Notes under the pieces: model-generated | Database searches by the model: none | What the model was told of the DNA's origin: nothing | The model's input: the letters and a program-made list of their open reading frames with translations, nothing else | Position numbers and translations under genes: made by a program | Assembly (NCBI RefSeq): GCF_902459465.1 | Contig: NC_047062.1 | Location: forward strand, 11,656,001-11,720,000 | Direction: 5' to 3' | Length of the DNA stretch: 64,000 nucleotides | DNA from: Asterias rubens | Taxonomy: Eukaryota | Part shown: positions 12,560 to 24,873 of the stretch, one piece after another | Position numbering within the stretch: position 1 is the first letter of the stretch | Layout: each line of letters opens with the position of its first letter

Positions 12560-13320
12560 GGAAAAAACAGCCGACCATCGCCGCGCGCTTTGCCTGCCAG
12601 TGCCAGGGCTTGAGAGAAAAGGCTATAGAGACACACGGCGTGAGACGATCTGCAATTCAATTTGTAAGATTGCGTATTTGATGAAGCTGTGTTCACGGTC
12701 CAACGGAGTACAGTTGACAGACCGAGATATTTCGCCTTCTCTTTTTTTTCTTCTTCTTCTTTTCTAGATTCCCCGTCAGTGAACTACCCAGGGACATCTC
12801 TTGCCCCGTCGAAAAAGCCAATCTAAACAAAATGGAATCAACCCTCTAATCAATCATATTTGGAGGGGAGCGCTATTTGATTTGCACGGCCGGTTCTCTA
12901 TCGAGTCCCCGTACGGGCTCCGGATTACGGGGGCTCACAGGGGGCAGATCGAGGGGGGAAGAGAGTGAGACAGACTCGCTTGACTAGAGCCGTGGCGTGG
13001 CGTGATGACTTTAAACCGCGGAGTAAGGGAGACAAATTCGCCGTTCATCACCACCTTTATGATGGTCATAGTCACTCATCAAAACATCCTGATCCACAGT
13101 GTACATGTTCCTTTCAGATCTCACACCAACTTCTCTCTCGTTAGTTTGTCATTATCCCCGAGCCTTACGGGGCCAACAAGCCAAATAGCCCGGCGGCAGC
13201 CAGCGCTGGTGTGTCTACTCGCCACGGTATGCCCCGGGTACGGTCGTGGGTCCTGACGGGGTAGATACATTGCCTCGGGATGCTGCTTGCTGGCAACCCG
13301 ATTGCCGGGGATTGGGGGTT
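12560..13320. promoter_or_regulatory. GC/CpG-rich island, candidate regulatory element or non-coding exon
   Basis: CpG-rich, GGATTA at 12922, strong acceptor at 12766-12767 and GGA|gtaagg donor at 13023. Confidence 0.3.
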
Positions 13321-13550
13321 ATTTCACGGGGACCCACAGTGATTGCTTTGTTTTAACTTTAGTCCGTTCTACCGAGACAATTTTAAATACAAAAATTAAT
13401 ACCGGAGGTGGTATTTACATTGTCCACTTATTCAAGATGCTTAATGATTTGTACACTAATTAATGAAAAGTAATTATGGTTATTTTTTTTATTTTTTTTT
13501 GGGTGTTGTCCGTATCGTACCCGATGAACAAAGCAATTCCCTACATGCAT

Positions 13551-13817
13551 TTCCATGGAAAAAGCAATGTGTACATTCTGTGGTTTATTAAGATGAGTTC
13601 CCATGTTTCTTAGAAGTTTCCATGGAAAAAGCAATGTGTACATTCTGTGGTTTATTAAGATGAGTTCCCATGTTTCTTAGAAGTTTCCATGGAAAAAGCA
13701 ATGTGTACATTCTGTGGTTTATTAAGATGAGTTCCCATGTGTCTTAGAAGTTTCCATGGAAAAAGCAATGTGTACATTCTGTGGTTTATTAAGATGAGTT
13801 CCCATGCCTTTTTTAGA
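13551..13817. repeat. 67-bp tandem repeat x4, near-identical units
   Basis: ttccatggaaaaagcaatgtgtacattc starts at 13551, 13618, 13685 and 13752. Confidence 0.95.
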
Positions 13818-14255
13818 ATTTTTTTTGCGGAAAAGTTGCTATGGCTTGTTCTTTATGATGGGAAGCAATTAGCCACTATGATGGACACTGTTTAATGTTG
13901 GTTAATATTTTTGTATACATCATAGCCAAATAAAACGGTGCGGTTCTATGGTATTCACCATATCTCAAAAGGGCTGATGGTGTTACAAACTTACACAGGG
14001 AAATGTACACATGCAATTGCAATGTGTTTAAAAATATACTTTGAGACCTGTTTTAACAATCTTTTGGACCATTCTTGGGACTGGCTTAGGATATGAAGTA
14101 TAGACCAATGTAATTTCGTATATGCCTACATTGATTTCTTATTTCAGATTTGAGTAATATACACCTGCCTTAAAAGATAAGCAAGCCCATCTTTTGGACA
14201 CCCCCCCCCCCCCCATACTGTGCTAGGATTCAGGGTCAATTTCAGGGTATATAAC

Positions 14256-14609
14256 TTGGCAATTACTCAACAAATAAATTACCACAAAAAATAACTTGAT
14301 AATTAATAGCATCGGGGAGCTGTTGAATATGTCGTTAAAACGACATATTTTGAATTAACGTAGTTTTAGAGAAAGGGGTTATTTTTACCCGCAAATTTTA
14401 AAATGAGAAAGGCTTCGGACATGAAGCCCCTTTCAGGTTTATGAAAGGATTCTGTGTTACAAAGTAGGTTTTTCTTCATTATTTTCTTGCAACAAAGACA
14501 AATTGAGCCCGTATTTTCACTTGGTTCGTCTTTTTGTGTGTATATGTTGGGATACACAAAGTGAGGACACTGGTCTTTGACAACTATACCAAAAGTACCG
14601 TGCCTTCAA
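14256..14609 (-). mobile_element. degenerate MITE family A copy
   Basis: ttggcaattactcaa at the start and gatacacaaagtgaggacactggtctttgacaa...gtgccttcaa at the end. Confidence 0.65.
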
Positions 14610-16955
14610 CCATCAACACAGCACAAGGATCAGTCGAGTAGCCACTCCTTAATATAAACACCATTGCTTTACACCAGAGAAAGGCCATAATCACCCCGTC
14701 TATCTGTTTGTTTTTAAGGCGGTGATTCTTATACCTCTCAAGTGTTCCCAATCGAAACGAGTGGGACGTGTGGGGAATATTCACAACCTGGCATCCACGC
14801 GTGACAGGTCAAGAGTAACTAATTTAATCGGCGATTAATCACTTTATGCCATAATTAAACCAGATTGGGTTATTGGGCCGTCTAGTGGCCTGCCAGCGGC
14901 CCGCGACCGGCTCCGCCTGGCTGGCTCTGGGCAGGGGCTGAGTCGACGTCTCACTCCTCCCTGAGCTCAACTTCTTCTTCTTCTTCTTCTTGGTTTGTTT
15001 TTCTTTCTTTATTCACTGTGAACTACTTTTGAGCTAGACGAGATGTGTTAATTTGAATCTTCTTTAAACGTTTCTGGTTGGTTCCATTGAAGTTGTAGGT
15101 GTGCGTGGGAGGAGGGGCGTGGTAAGGGGGTGGAATGAGAAGGGGGCGTGGAGAGACATGCATCTTTGCTTATGGATAACGGTTTTTTGATAGACCACAG
15201 TAGTTTTCAAACATTTTTATGCGTTTGTTTTTTAGGATTTTCATTTTGTATACAATCATTTATTTACGCAAAAAATGCAACTGCTCTTTGTGGGATTATA
15301 ACGGTTGTTTGGTATTACATCGATGAAGGACCTGTAATCACAAAGGCTATAGTCATAAATCTTAATTCGAGTTTAAAAACACCACTTGGTGTAAAACAAA
15401 AAATTATCCCTTTTTTCCTGATTAGGACCTTTCTAATTTGTAGGCCTTTTTGTTATTATTTCTGAGGAGAAAATCCAGACTATGAATTTGCTGGCTTTTT
15501 AAGAACTAATACAAGTCTACTGGTGTCGACAGAATGGTGCCAAATAAAGCACAAACAAAATAAAGTATTCAATCTTTTGTAAAGTAACAATTTAAATACA
15601 AAGGATGGAAGTCTAAAAAAAGGATGAAAGCGGGGACGATTCAGTTTTGTTATTTTTTTCACTTGGCGTTGTGAGTAATGGTTAGTATTTCTTCTGCCAT
15701 GATTGATAGGACTGTACAAAAAAAGCTCCTCTTTAGTTGATACAAACAACAATGTATATGGCGGCTTTTTATTCATAACTGTTTTATATTCGCTCTAGCC
15801 ACGATTCGGGGCGAAGTTGATTTTTTCTCAATTAAGTGGAATGGAAACCAATTAAAGAGCTTAACCTCAGAAGAACAACACATTACATTTAATTGATCTC
15901 CAACACGAATGGAGGAGCACCCTCTGCGAAACACAACAGCAATGAGTACCAGAATGTGAATTAAACACCTGCATAGCATTGCGGAAATACATAATGACCA
16001 AGCCATCACACAATAAATACAGATAACCTAAAACAACTCCAACAACTTTAATCCTAGACCTGGTTCCATCTCCCACGTTCCCCACACGATGATTTTTTAT
16101 CGTTATCCGGGGGATTATGAAAGACCCCTCGTCAGATTACGGTATAGAGTGTTGTCGGTTCAGTGTGCGTTTCAGATTAAGAAACAAAAACGAAATGCGG
16201 TCATGGGTGGGAACTGAAACGCGATGTCATTTTTGTAATTTGTGTTTTCATATTTTGTTGAATTCGCGGACGATGGCAGTACTGTGAGGTTTGGTTTGTC
16301 ATAATGACAAAACTTTTCAACTTCAGTCGACTGATAAAGATCATTTAAAGACATGATTAGTAATAAACACAGTTTGTTTAGGGCCTATTTATTCTCAAAC
16401 AAACAGTTCAAAGATTATATTTTTGACGTTTTTGCAATTTATGTTTTCAAATTTTTGTTGAAATCGCGGACGGTGGCAGTACTGTGAGGTTTGGTTTGTC
16501 ATAATGACTAACATCAGTCTATGAAGATACATTCAAAGATATACGTGATTAGTAATTAACAAAATTTGACTCATCTGAACATTCACTGATTTATATTAAA
16601 AGAGTTCATAATCACTTTGAAACTATTTAAAGTTAAAGAAATAACATCTAAAGACCGCAAAGTGTTTACAATTGTTAATTTCGAATTCGACAAGCAATCG
16701 AAATTAAATTATTCTGTACAATAAAAGAAACCAAAACCACTTTTAGCTACTTTTTGATGAAAACTAAAGAAAAGGGAATGAATTTGCTCATGAAATGTTG
16801 CAATCCAAAATTATGAAATGTTTTAGAACCATTCCTTGGCAACTCGTGATTTCAAAACATGTCTTGCTAAGCCAACAGAGACAGAGTACCAGTCACAGAT
16901 TATACATGTGACAAAGTATCAGTATTTTTGCTGGTAACCATATTCTGTAAATCAG

Positions 16956-17310
16956 AGTTGGTGTATCTCAACATATGCATAAAATAACAAACCTGTGAAA
17001 ATTCGAGCTCAATCGCTCGTCGAAGTTGCGAAATGTTATGAGAAGAAAAAAAACACCCTTGTCGCACCATGGTCACACGAAGTTGTGTGCTTTCAGATGC
17101 TTGATTTTGTGACCTCAAATTCTAAATCTGAGGTCTCGAAATCAAATTCGTGGAAAATTACTTCTTTCTTGAAAACTACGTTACTTCAGAGGTAGCTGTT
17201 TCCTCACAATGTTTTATACTATCAACCTCTCCCTATTACTTGTAATCAAGAAAGGTTTTATGATAATAATTTTTGTGAGTAATTACCAATATAGTGTCCA
17301 CTGCCATTAA
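16956..17310 (+). mobile_element. MITE family A copy, 5' truncated
   Basis: ttggtgtatctcaacatatgcataaaataacaaacctgtg...gtaattaccaatatagtgtccactgccattaa. Confidence 0.9.
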
Positions 17311-18215
17311 TCACAAAAAGTAGCTAAAGTAAGTGCAACAAAACGTTGCTAACCAGAATAAGGTACCAGCCAAAATACCATGCCAAACTACCATTTCTGC
17401 TTAGCATAAAATAAGCAATATTTTCTGCTCAAGCATACCTATGAAACTATGCCCAGATGTTTAAAGCTTAATTCTATTCCTGATGAAGGGTGTATTCCTT
17501 CCCACGTTGACGTCACAGGTGACTCTAATGACCTTTGTACGTAGTACACTTCGGACTGTATCTCCCTGGTTTATTTTCGTCCCATGTGTTTCCATACATT
17601 ATTCTCTATACATTAAAATGCATCCAATCCTCCAGGTTTTTTTACCTGCTAGATTTGTACATCTGATATACAGTGCCTTGTAACGCGTGGGATGTTACAC
17701 ACCCTTATCTGTAGTGTGCATCAGGGCACTGTGGAGACATGACTGACATGTTTTAGATGAAGATGCTGTCTCTATGACCATACGATGCTCATTGCAACAT
17801 GCAGTTTTCATGAGGCTTTTTCCTCCTTTCTCACTCTTGCACACTAGATCAGAAATTGATATGCGGCTTGTCTGTTTTTACATTCGCTATACCTCATTTC
17901 ATATCAGGTGAATATTTAATCAAAATGGTATGAGGATTTTCCCCACCTTCCTGTAGCGATGGAGAAGTGAGATATGGACATTTCGGGAAGGGGGGGGGGG
18001 GTGGTAACAATAACACTCTTTCCTCTGTCTTGCCTATGGACTTTATTGCCCAGCCAATTTTGCAGTGCAGCTATATACCGAATACGCGTTACTCTGCATT
18101 TCAAACGAATTTCCTTAGAAAGGACTCACAACTTTTTTTATTTATTTTTAAATATTGTTTGAACTCATGTAGGCAATGATTCGGTTTAACTTTGCGAGTT
18201 CTTAAATGCGAGTGG

Positions 18216-18333
18216 GTGAAACATTTCATTAAAAATTTGCATATTTAAATGCAAGGGGTGAAAACATTTTATTACAAATTTGCATATTTAAATGCAAGGG
18301 GTGAAACATTTCATTACAAATTTTGCATATTTA
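18216..18333. repeat. ~43-bp tandem repeat x~3 carrying octamer motifs
   Basis: Unit gtgaaacatttcatta(c/a)aaatttgcatatttaaatgcaaggg, with ATTTGCAT at 18235 and 18278. Confidence 0.9.
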
Positions 18334-19139
18334 CAATTATAAAACATGCGTGGGATGTCACATGCTTATCTGTGTTGGGTATTACGCCCTATGGAGACTT
18401 GACTGGCAAACAAACAACAAACAAATGAAATGATAATGGTGGGTTTTTAATTCAGATTTGGAGGAACACATGTTATATTGGTTAATCCAATATATTAATC
18501 ATGATACATGTACATTGATTAAGTTCAGTACAAATGTTTGAGTTGTTAATGTATGGGGCATGTGGTGTTTTTCCTGGCTCGACCTAAATTTTAACCTTGT
18601 TTCTATTGTATATTTTGCTTGTTGTAAAGTTTATTTGCTGTTGTGATATATCCGTAGTCCTTATTTAAGTTTGGCTGTTTTTCTATTTTTAATATTACTC
18701 TTAAATCAATGTTATTATAAATATATTTTTATATTAATACAGTTTTAAAATTTTAATGTGTTTGTAGTTGCTGGGCACCTCTGAAAAACAATGTTTTACT
18801 TGGAAGTTTCCCCAGGGTAAAGAAGAATTAAATAAATAAATAATAATAATCAAACAGATTGAGAAAGACGATTCCAGCATTTTGACCCAGTTGCTGCAAA
18901 AGCTTTCGATCCTACATCTGTACGTGATCATGGGATATCCAATGAAGTGGATCTTAAATTATACAAATCACTGACAGGTGTGGAGGTATAAGTTACAAAG
19001 ACTCGTCATTGTTATAGTTGCCAATCCTTTGCGTGTTCAAATGCTACATTATGCTATTATAAAGCATGATCCTTTCCAATATTTGTCAACATTCCCCACG
19101 ATATCAAAATCATTAATTCCCCGTTAAAGCCAAACTTGA

Positions 19140-19500
19140 TTGACCAGCGCCACACCGCGGCCTTTACCCCCCCCCCCCCCCCCCCCCCAATGAACCAAAG
19201 GCCTAGATTAAGACACTGCTTCTAATCTTTACCATCGCTGTATAAAAATTTGTGACAATTAAATCAACTTTAATTAAGTAATTGCATGAGGAGTGGTATG
19301 ACTGTCGTGTGGATCCCAACACGATGATAATACAGAATGGTGTGATTAGTTAACGGTCACTTGGCCGCCACAGTCCGGAGTGGTATCCTAATCCCTTGGG
19401 TTCAAGCTACCGTGAATCGCGCCTCTCGACCCCGCATACCTTGACTCAGCGCTCCGCTCGACGGAGTAATTTCGGCTGACCAGAATTGTTTTGCGGCTCT
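19140..19500. promoter_or_regulatory. candidate cis-regulatory module
   Basis: AGATTA 19205, TAATCT 19223, TGATAA 19325, TAATCC 19389 and TGACTCA 19442 in a non-repeat GC-richer block. Confidence 0.3.
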
Positions 19501-20096
19501 CGTTAAAAAAAAAATAGTAGACAACATAAACAAAAGTCTTCTTCATTAAGTTCTGATTACACTATAAGCCTTCATTGTCATGAGTATGGTTTGGATAGAT
19601 TGTTCTTCAACTTAAGCATAATTTCATTAAACTGTCTTTAAAAGGCACAGGACACTATTGGTAATTATTTATAAAAAAAGACTTATAGCAAAGATTTGCA
19701 GGAAACCAATGAAAGATCGTACATACGAAATAGTATTCTGCTAGTAAAACCTTATTCTGGTAAGCTTAATTTTGTTGAAGCTCAAGCTTGGAATTGGAAC
19801 TTGCATATTGATGGACATCCCTTTAATTTTGTGAATGAAAATGTTTAATAACGTCTTGTTCTTTATATCTGCATGATTTCATTGAATCGTGTTTTTTTTC
19901 TTCGCATTATAGTACGACATAATTTGTTGTATAACTTCACAACCTAAACATTAACGCGAATATCGTACGTTTCTTTATAAATTTGTTTCCTCAAAAATAT
20001 GCTGGTTTGCCGTTCAATAATGTTGTTAATTTGTTTTATTTGGGGAACATTAATATTAAATAATAGCAAATCTTGTACAAACAAATAGCTAAGACC

Positions 20097-20132
20097 CGAC
20101 GTTTCGACCCTAGCAGAGTCTTTCCGAAGGCT
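20097..20132 (+). mobile_element. short retroelement-terminal fragment (Penelope-like, tentative)
   Basis: gacgtttcgaccctagcagagtctttccgaaggct; inverse copy at 4316-4348. Confidence 0.4.
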
Positions 20133-20852
20133 AAAAATGTTGTGTAACACTTTTGCTTTGATGTTTTGGGGAGAAACTCTAGATAGAATCATTCAGTCAG
20201 TGTAGCTTGATATGGGGGGGGGGGGGTGGGAGTGTAGGGGGCTAGGGTAGGGGGCTACGCCCAAACCCCTCCACACTGACTACAATATGTTACACGTCGC
20301 GCAATGATCGATGGGTATTTAATAGTAGGGGACGCAGAGAGGAGAGGGGGGGGGGGCTGTACTCGCCTTGGACTGATGCAGCAGATGACATGCCCAGCGG
20401 GTCGTGTCCAATAATCCGTTCTGCATACTCGCCTCTTATCCTCGGGGCCCATTTCGCTGGGCAGTGTACCGTGAACCAAGCCCCAGTCGCCATGTCTTTC
20501 CCCAGGTTATAGGTGTTTGTTACAAATGGAACCCCTCCAGATTTTACACAAGTATTGGACAAGGGAGAAACACGCACATTTTTGATACAGCATTCTAATT
20601 GAATTTACGGCATAATTTACAGTCATGACTGTTATTCGATGCATAACTTAATAGCATGGTTTTGTAACTGTTCGTTTCATTTGTTTGAATCTATATACAA
20701 ATGTAGTCGTGGCAATAAAATGAACCCGTAACAATGTCAAAAGTTGGTCGCCTAGGACTTAAACATACAACAAATGGCAAAAATAAACACAAACAATTTA
20801 GGCAAGGCCTTCTTTAAAATAAAACGTTGAATAACTTATAAGAAATACGCTA

Positions 20853-21170
20853 GTAATGGGGAGAGGTTGATAGTATACAACATTGTGAGAAACGGCTCCC
20901 TCTGAAGTGACGTATTTTCGAGAAAGAAGTAAATTTTCCACGAAGTTGATTTCGACACCTCAAGTTTAGAATTTGAGGTCCCGAAATCAAGCATCTTAAA
21001 GCACACAACTTTGTGTGACTAAGTTTTTATTTTATTTCATGCATATCTCGCAACTTCGACGACCAATTGAGCTCAAATTTTCACAGGTTTGTTATTTTAT
21101 GCATATGTTTAGATGCACAAAGTGAGAAGACTGGTCTTTGACAATTACCAATAGTGTCCAGTGTCTTTTA
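20853..21170 (-). mobile_element. MITE family A copy, one end truncated
   Basis: Ends ...gagaagactggtctttgacaattaccaatagtgtccagtgtcttta. Confidence 0.9.
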
Positions 21171-22544
21171 GGTCGAAGTCCAGGCAGGAAGAATAATTCA
21201 TAGGAATACAATATGAGAAACGTTACCAAGGCTTCTTATAGCACATTTTAAAATAAGTTATAGCAAGTGATATTGTTTTCCCTAACCGTATACGATTAGG
21301 GAAAACATATAGTTCCTTACCATGTTTGTATTGCTTTAAATTTACATTATCAAACACAGACAGACCCTTTAAGGGGGAGAAACTTATCCCGCTCCAAATA
21401 ACAAGAGTCTTTTATATAGGCCTACAAACAATAAATGGTCAACAACACAAACAAAGAAACACGTTCAAACAAATTTAGGCAAAGCCTTCTGTAAAATAAA
21501 ACGATAAATAGTTTATAAGAAATCCGCTAGCTATGTTGTTTACGTTCGCCCTTTTCCCCCATTTTCAGGGCTGTTGTTTGTGGCAATGTTATTCATTAAT
21601 ATTCTATTTCTAGATACAATTTTATAACCGTACAAGGATAGCTTTCTAGTTGTGCTTTTTGTGTTATTATTCAGAACATATAAACAACAAATGGATGTGC
21701 TGGAATATATTATGCCCCTTTTTTATTGCGATAAAACGCAGTCGTCACTGTGTCACTGTCAAGACTCCATACTGCATATCTCTTGCAATCGCTGTCCGGG
21801 ATGGTTACGTTATCTCTATGCATCCCTTTCGTCTCACTTCTTGTCTCCTCCCATCCAACCCCCCCCCCCTCCCGTGATGCATCTCCTCCTTCTAGCTGAT
21901 GCAATGATATCTTATCCAATATCTTGCCATGCCATCCTCTTCAATTAGCTTCCCTCTCTGCCTTCGCCTTGCGTCGTCTTCTTGCCCGGCCCGCACTACG
22001 ACCAATCTTATAACCCAGTTATAACTGCATTATTGTCGGCTTTAGTCGTAGAAATCGACGATACTGAAGCAAACTGCATTACGTCTCTCGGACCAATGAA
22101 GACACTAAATAGCCTTGGCAGAGAGGTGCCGTGAACTCTTTCAAGATCACGTGATGTTCAGCATTTTTTTCTTCTTATAGGTTCTATACAACAAACTCAA
22201 GCGTTCGTGAGTTTGGGGGACTGAACAAAATAAGTTAAGCGGAAACTTTGTTAACTTTTACAACCACAGCTTAGTCCATTGTGTAGCTGCACACAATGTG
22301 ATGAATCTAGGATTAAGAAACGTTGTGTAGCTGAAGGGGTTAGGCTACCTACCAATTTTTGTGATTAATCTTCCAGTATCTTATTTTATTTTATCATCTG
22401 AAAATTCATTAATCTATCATGATTATTTTGTAATGATTAAGCCAATTTCACGAAGCTGCTAAGCCATTCTTAAAAATGCTTACCACGGAGTAATTGATAT
22501 TAAGCAGCAGAAGGCTACCAGCTAAAATATCATTTAATCTGTGC

Positions 22545-22740
22545 NNNNNNNNNNNNNNNNNNNNNNNNNNNNNNNNNNNNNNNNNNNNNNNNNNNNNNNN
22601 NNNNNNNNNNNNNNNNNNNNNNNNNNNNNNNNNNNNNNNNNNNNNNNNNNNNNNNNNNNNNNNNNNNNNNNNNNNNNNNNNNNNNNNNNNNNNNNNNNNN
22701 NNNNNNNNNNNNNNNNNNNNNNNNNNNNNNNNNNNNNNNN
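22545..22740. other. assembly gap (196 N)
   Basis: Run of N. Confidence 1.
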
Positions 22741-23940
22741 CTGTTGATGTTTTGCGGGTGGGGTTGTTCCTAGCAAAGAACACTAGTGCTTCTGGAAATC
22801 ACTGTGTGCATTGCCGTCCCCTGTCACCTTTATTGTAGTATTTTGTGACCTTATTTAGACCAAACTTTCGTCACCCTGGTTGTGACTTGATGTGTCTGTT
22901 TTTTACCTTACTTGGAGCCAACTTTACCCTGACGATGTCATGTAATTGTTGTTGATACAAATCCAGAGATATACGCAGACAAAAGACTATTATACCTCTT
23001 CACGATTTCGCAGTCTCTTCAATCTCCCGCGTATTAAATTAATGCATGCCCTTCTCCCTATAGGACTACCTCCCTATCGTTAATGGACAAGGACACAAAG
23101 AATACGAAGAAGAAGAGTGAACAAAATTACAATAACGAAGAAAAAATGCAAGAGAGAGATATGCAAAAAGTCGCATCAAGTCCAAAAGGCATACGGCATC
23201 GCAACGGGTGATTTCTGGGTAGATATACAAGCGCTGCTCCGGTGCTCACTAGTTGCCCGTAAGCAAGACAGACATCGCTCGCTTTGCTTTCTGACGCTGT
23301 CTTTTTGTCTTCCCTCTTATTTCAATTCCTCGTTCTTATCATTCTGTCCACCTTTCCCCACTCTCTCTCTCTCTCTCCCTCTTGCGTGCATGTTTGTGTT
23401 GATACGAAAGATCCACTATACTGCCTAGGGGATGGCCCCACTCAGTTGGTTTTTCTGTATTATATTTCGACGTTTCAGGAGACCATTTTCGTCCGGTGTG
23501 GTCTTGGATTAAAGCATATCAGTTTGGTCTCTCGTGCTTCCCAGTGCGCTACTCTAAGGTTTTAGTGGGTTTTTATTAAGATGATGCACTTTCCCAGTCG
23601 CTTCACATCTGCCACGGGGAGGGCATCGTATAGGAGTTGGTATACCGTAATACCTTGTCTCATCTCTACCGTTACGTCTGCCCTTTTTACCGTACTCGGT
23701 GTCAGTTAGTCTTGAAGGTGCTTGCCCCTGACTTGAAGTATAAAGTACATCAATGTGCTCTACGTACTCAGGTTTTGTTCTCTTTCTCTCTGAACGAATT
23801 TTGAAGGATGATATTGTTTTAAAAACGAAAAACATACCAACATTTTCGCATTATGGCACGGACAACGGCACAGCATACAATGTGTATCATGCAACGTCGT
23901 CTGCAAGTGGCTAATGGTTTTAAGACAATCTCGTGGTTCT

Positions 23941-24283
23941 TTAAAGGCACTGGACAATGTTGGTAATTGTCAAAGACCAGTCTTCTCACTTGTTGTATCT
24001 CAACATCTGTACAAAATAATAAACCTGTAAAAAAATGCGAGATAACTATGAAAGAAAACCCCCACTCTTTTCACACTTAGTTGTGTGCTTTTAGATGCTT
24101 GATTTCGAGACCTCAAATATCTAAGTCTGGGGTCTCGAAATCCAATTCGTGGAAAATAACTTCTTTCTCGAAAACTACGTCACTTCAAAGGGAGCCGTTT
24201 CTCACAATGTTTTATACAATCAACAGCTCTCCATTCCTCGTTACCAAGTAAGGTTTTATGCTAATAATTTTTGTTGAGTTATC
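23941..24283 (+). mobile_element. MITE family A copy
   Basis: Starts TTAA|AGGCACTGGACAATGTTGGTAATTGTCAAAGACCAG. Confidence 0.9.
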
Positions 24284-24310
24284 ATTGACTGTTGGCCGTA
24301 CAATAGTAAT

Positions 24311-24873
24311 TTAAAGTCACCTGGAAGTGGTATTTTTTAAAAATAAAGCTTTTGTCACTAATATATGTGTTTTGATGACTGGAATGTGAATAAACAGTCA
24401 ACTAAGGTTTTAACAAATCAGTTTTTATGTTATTTACAAATTTAAGAGTAGACCCCGACCCGAGAGGGCGCTGTTCGTGACGTCAATCGAGGCAGACTTT
24501 GCCTGTAATGCGTAGAGTAAACACAATTGCAAAGTACATGTACGGACCAAGTCGTGAGTTTGTACGTGTTTTTTTCCGGCAATGCCGACCAAGTGTATTG
24601 CTGCTGAATGCAGAAAAACACTTTTTGAAATGTACCAACTCACGACTTGGACGTACATGTACTTTGCACGTGTGTTTACTATACGCATTGCAGGCAAAGT
24701 CTGCCTCGATTGTCGTCACAAAAGGGGTAGGCGGAGTCAGCCCCCCAAACAACTTTATATATTTTTTAAACATATAAATCGTGACAAACAAATACTAAAA
24801 AAAATGTTTTATTGTTCGTAAGCATATACTGTTATGTTTGAAAGAAAATAATTCAATTTCCAGATGACTTTAA
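24311..24873. mobile_element. family B non-autonomous Kolobok-like element, fold-back derivative
   Basis: TTAA|AGTCACCTGGAA ... TTCCAGATGACT|TTAA. Internal ~89-bp inverted arms (24477-24565 and 24632-24719) surround a THAP start, MPTKCIAAECRKT. Confidence 0.8.

Noticed and set aside
13551-13817. CRISPR-like regular repeats
   Set aside because: The units are contiguous and near-identical with no unique spacers, there are no cas genes, and the context is eukaryotic.
22448-22838. ORFs spanning X runs
   Set aside because: These are artefacts of the N gap.
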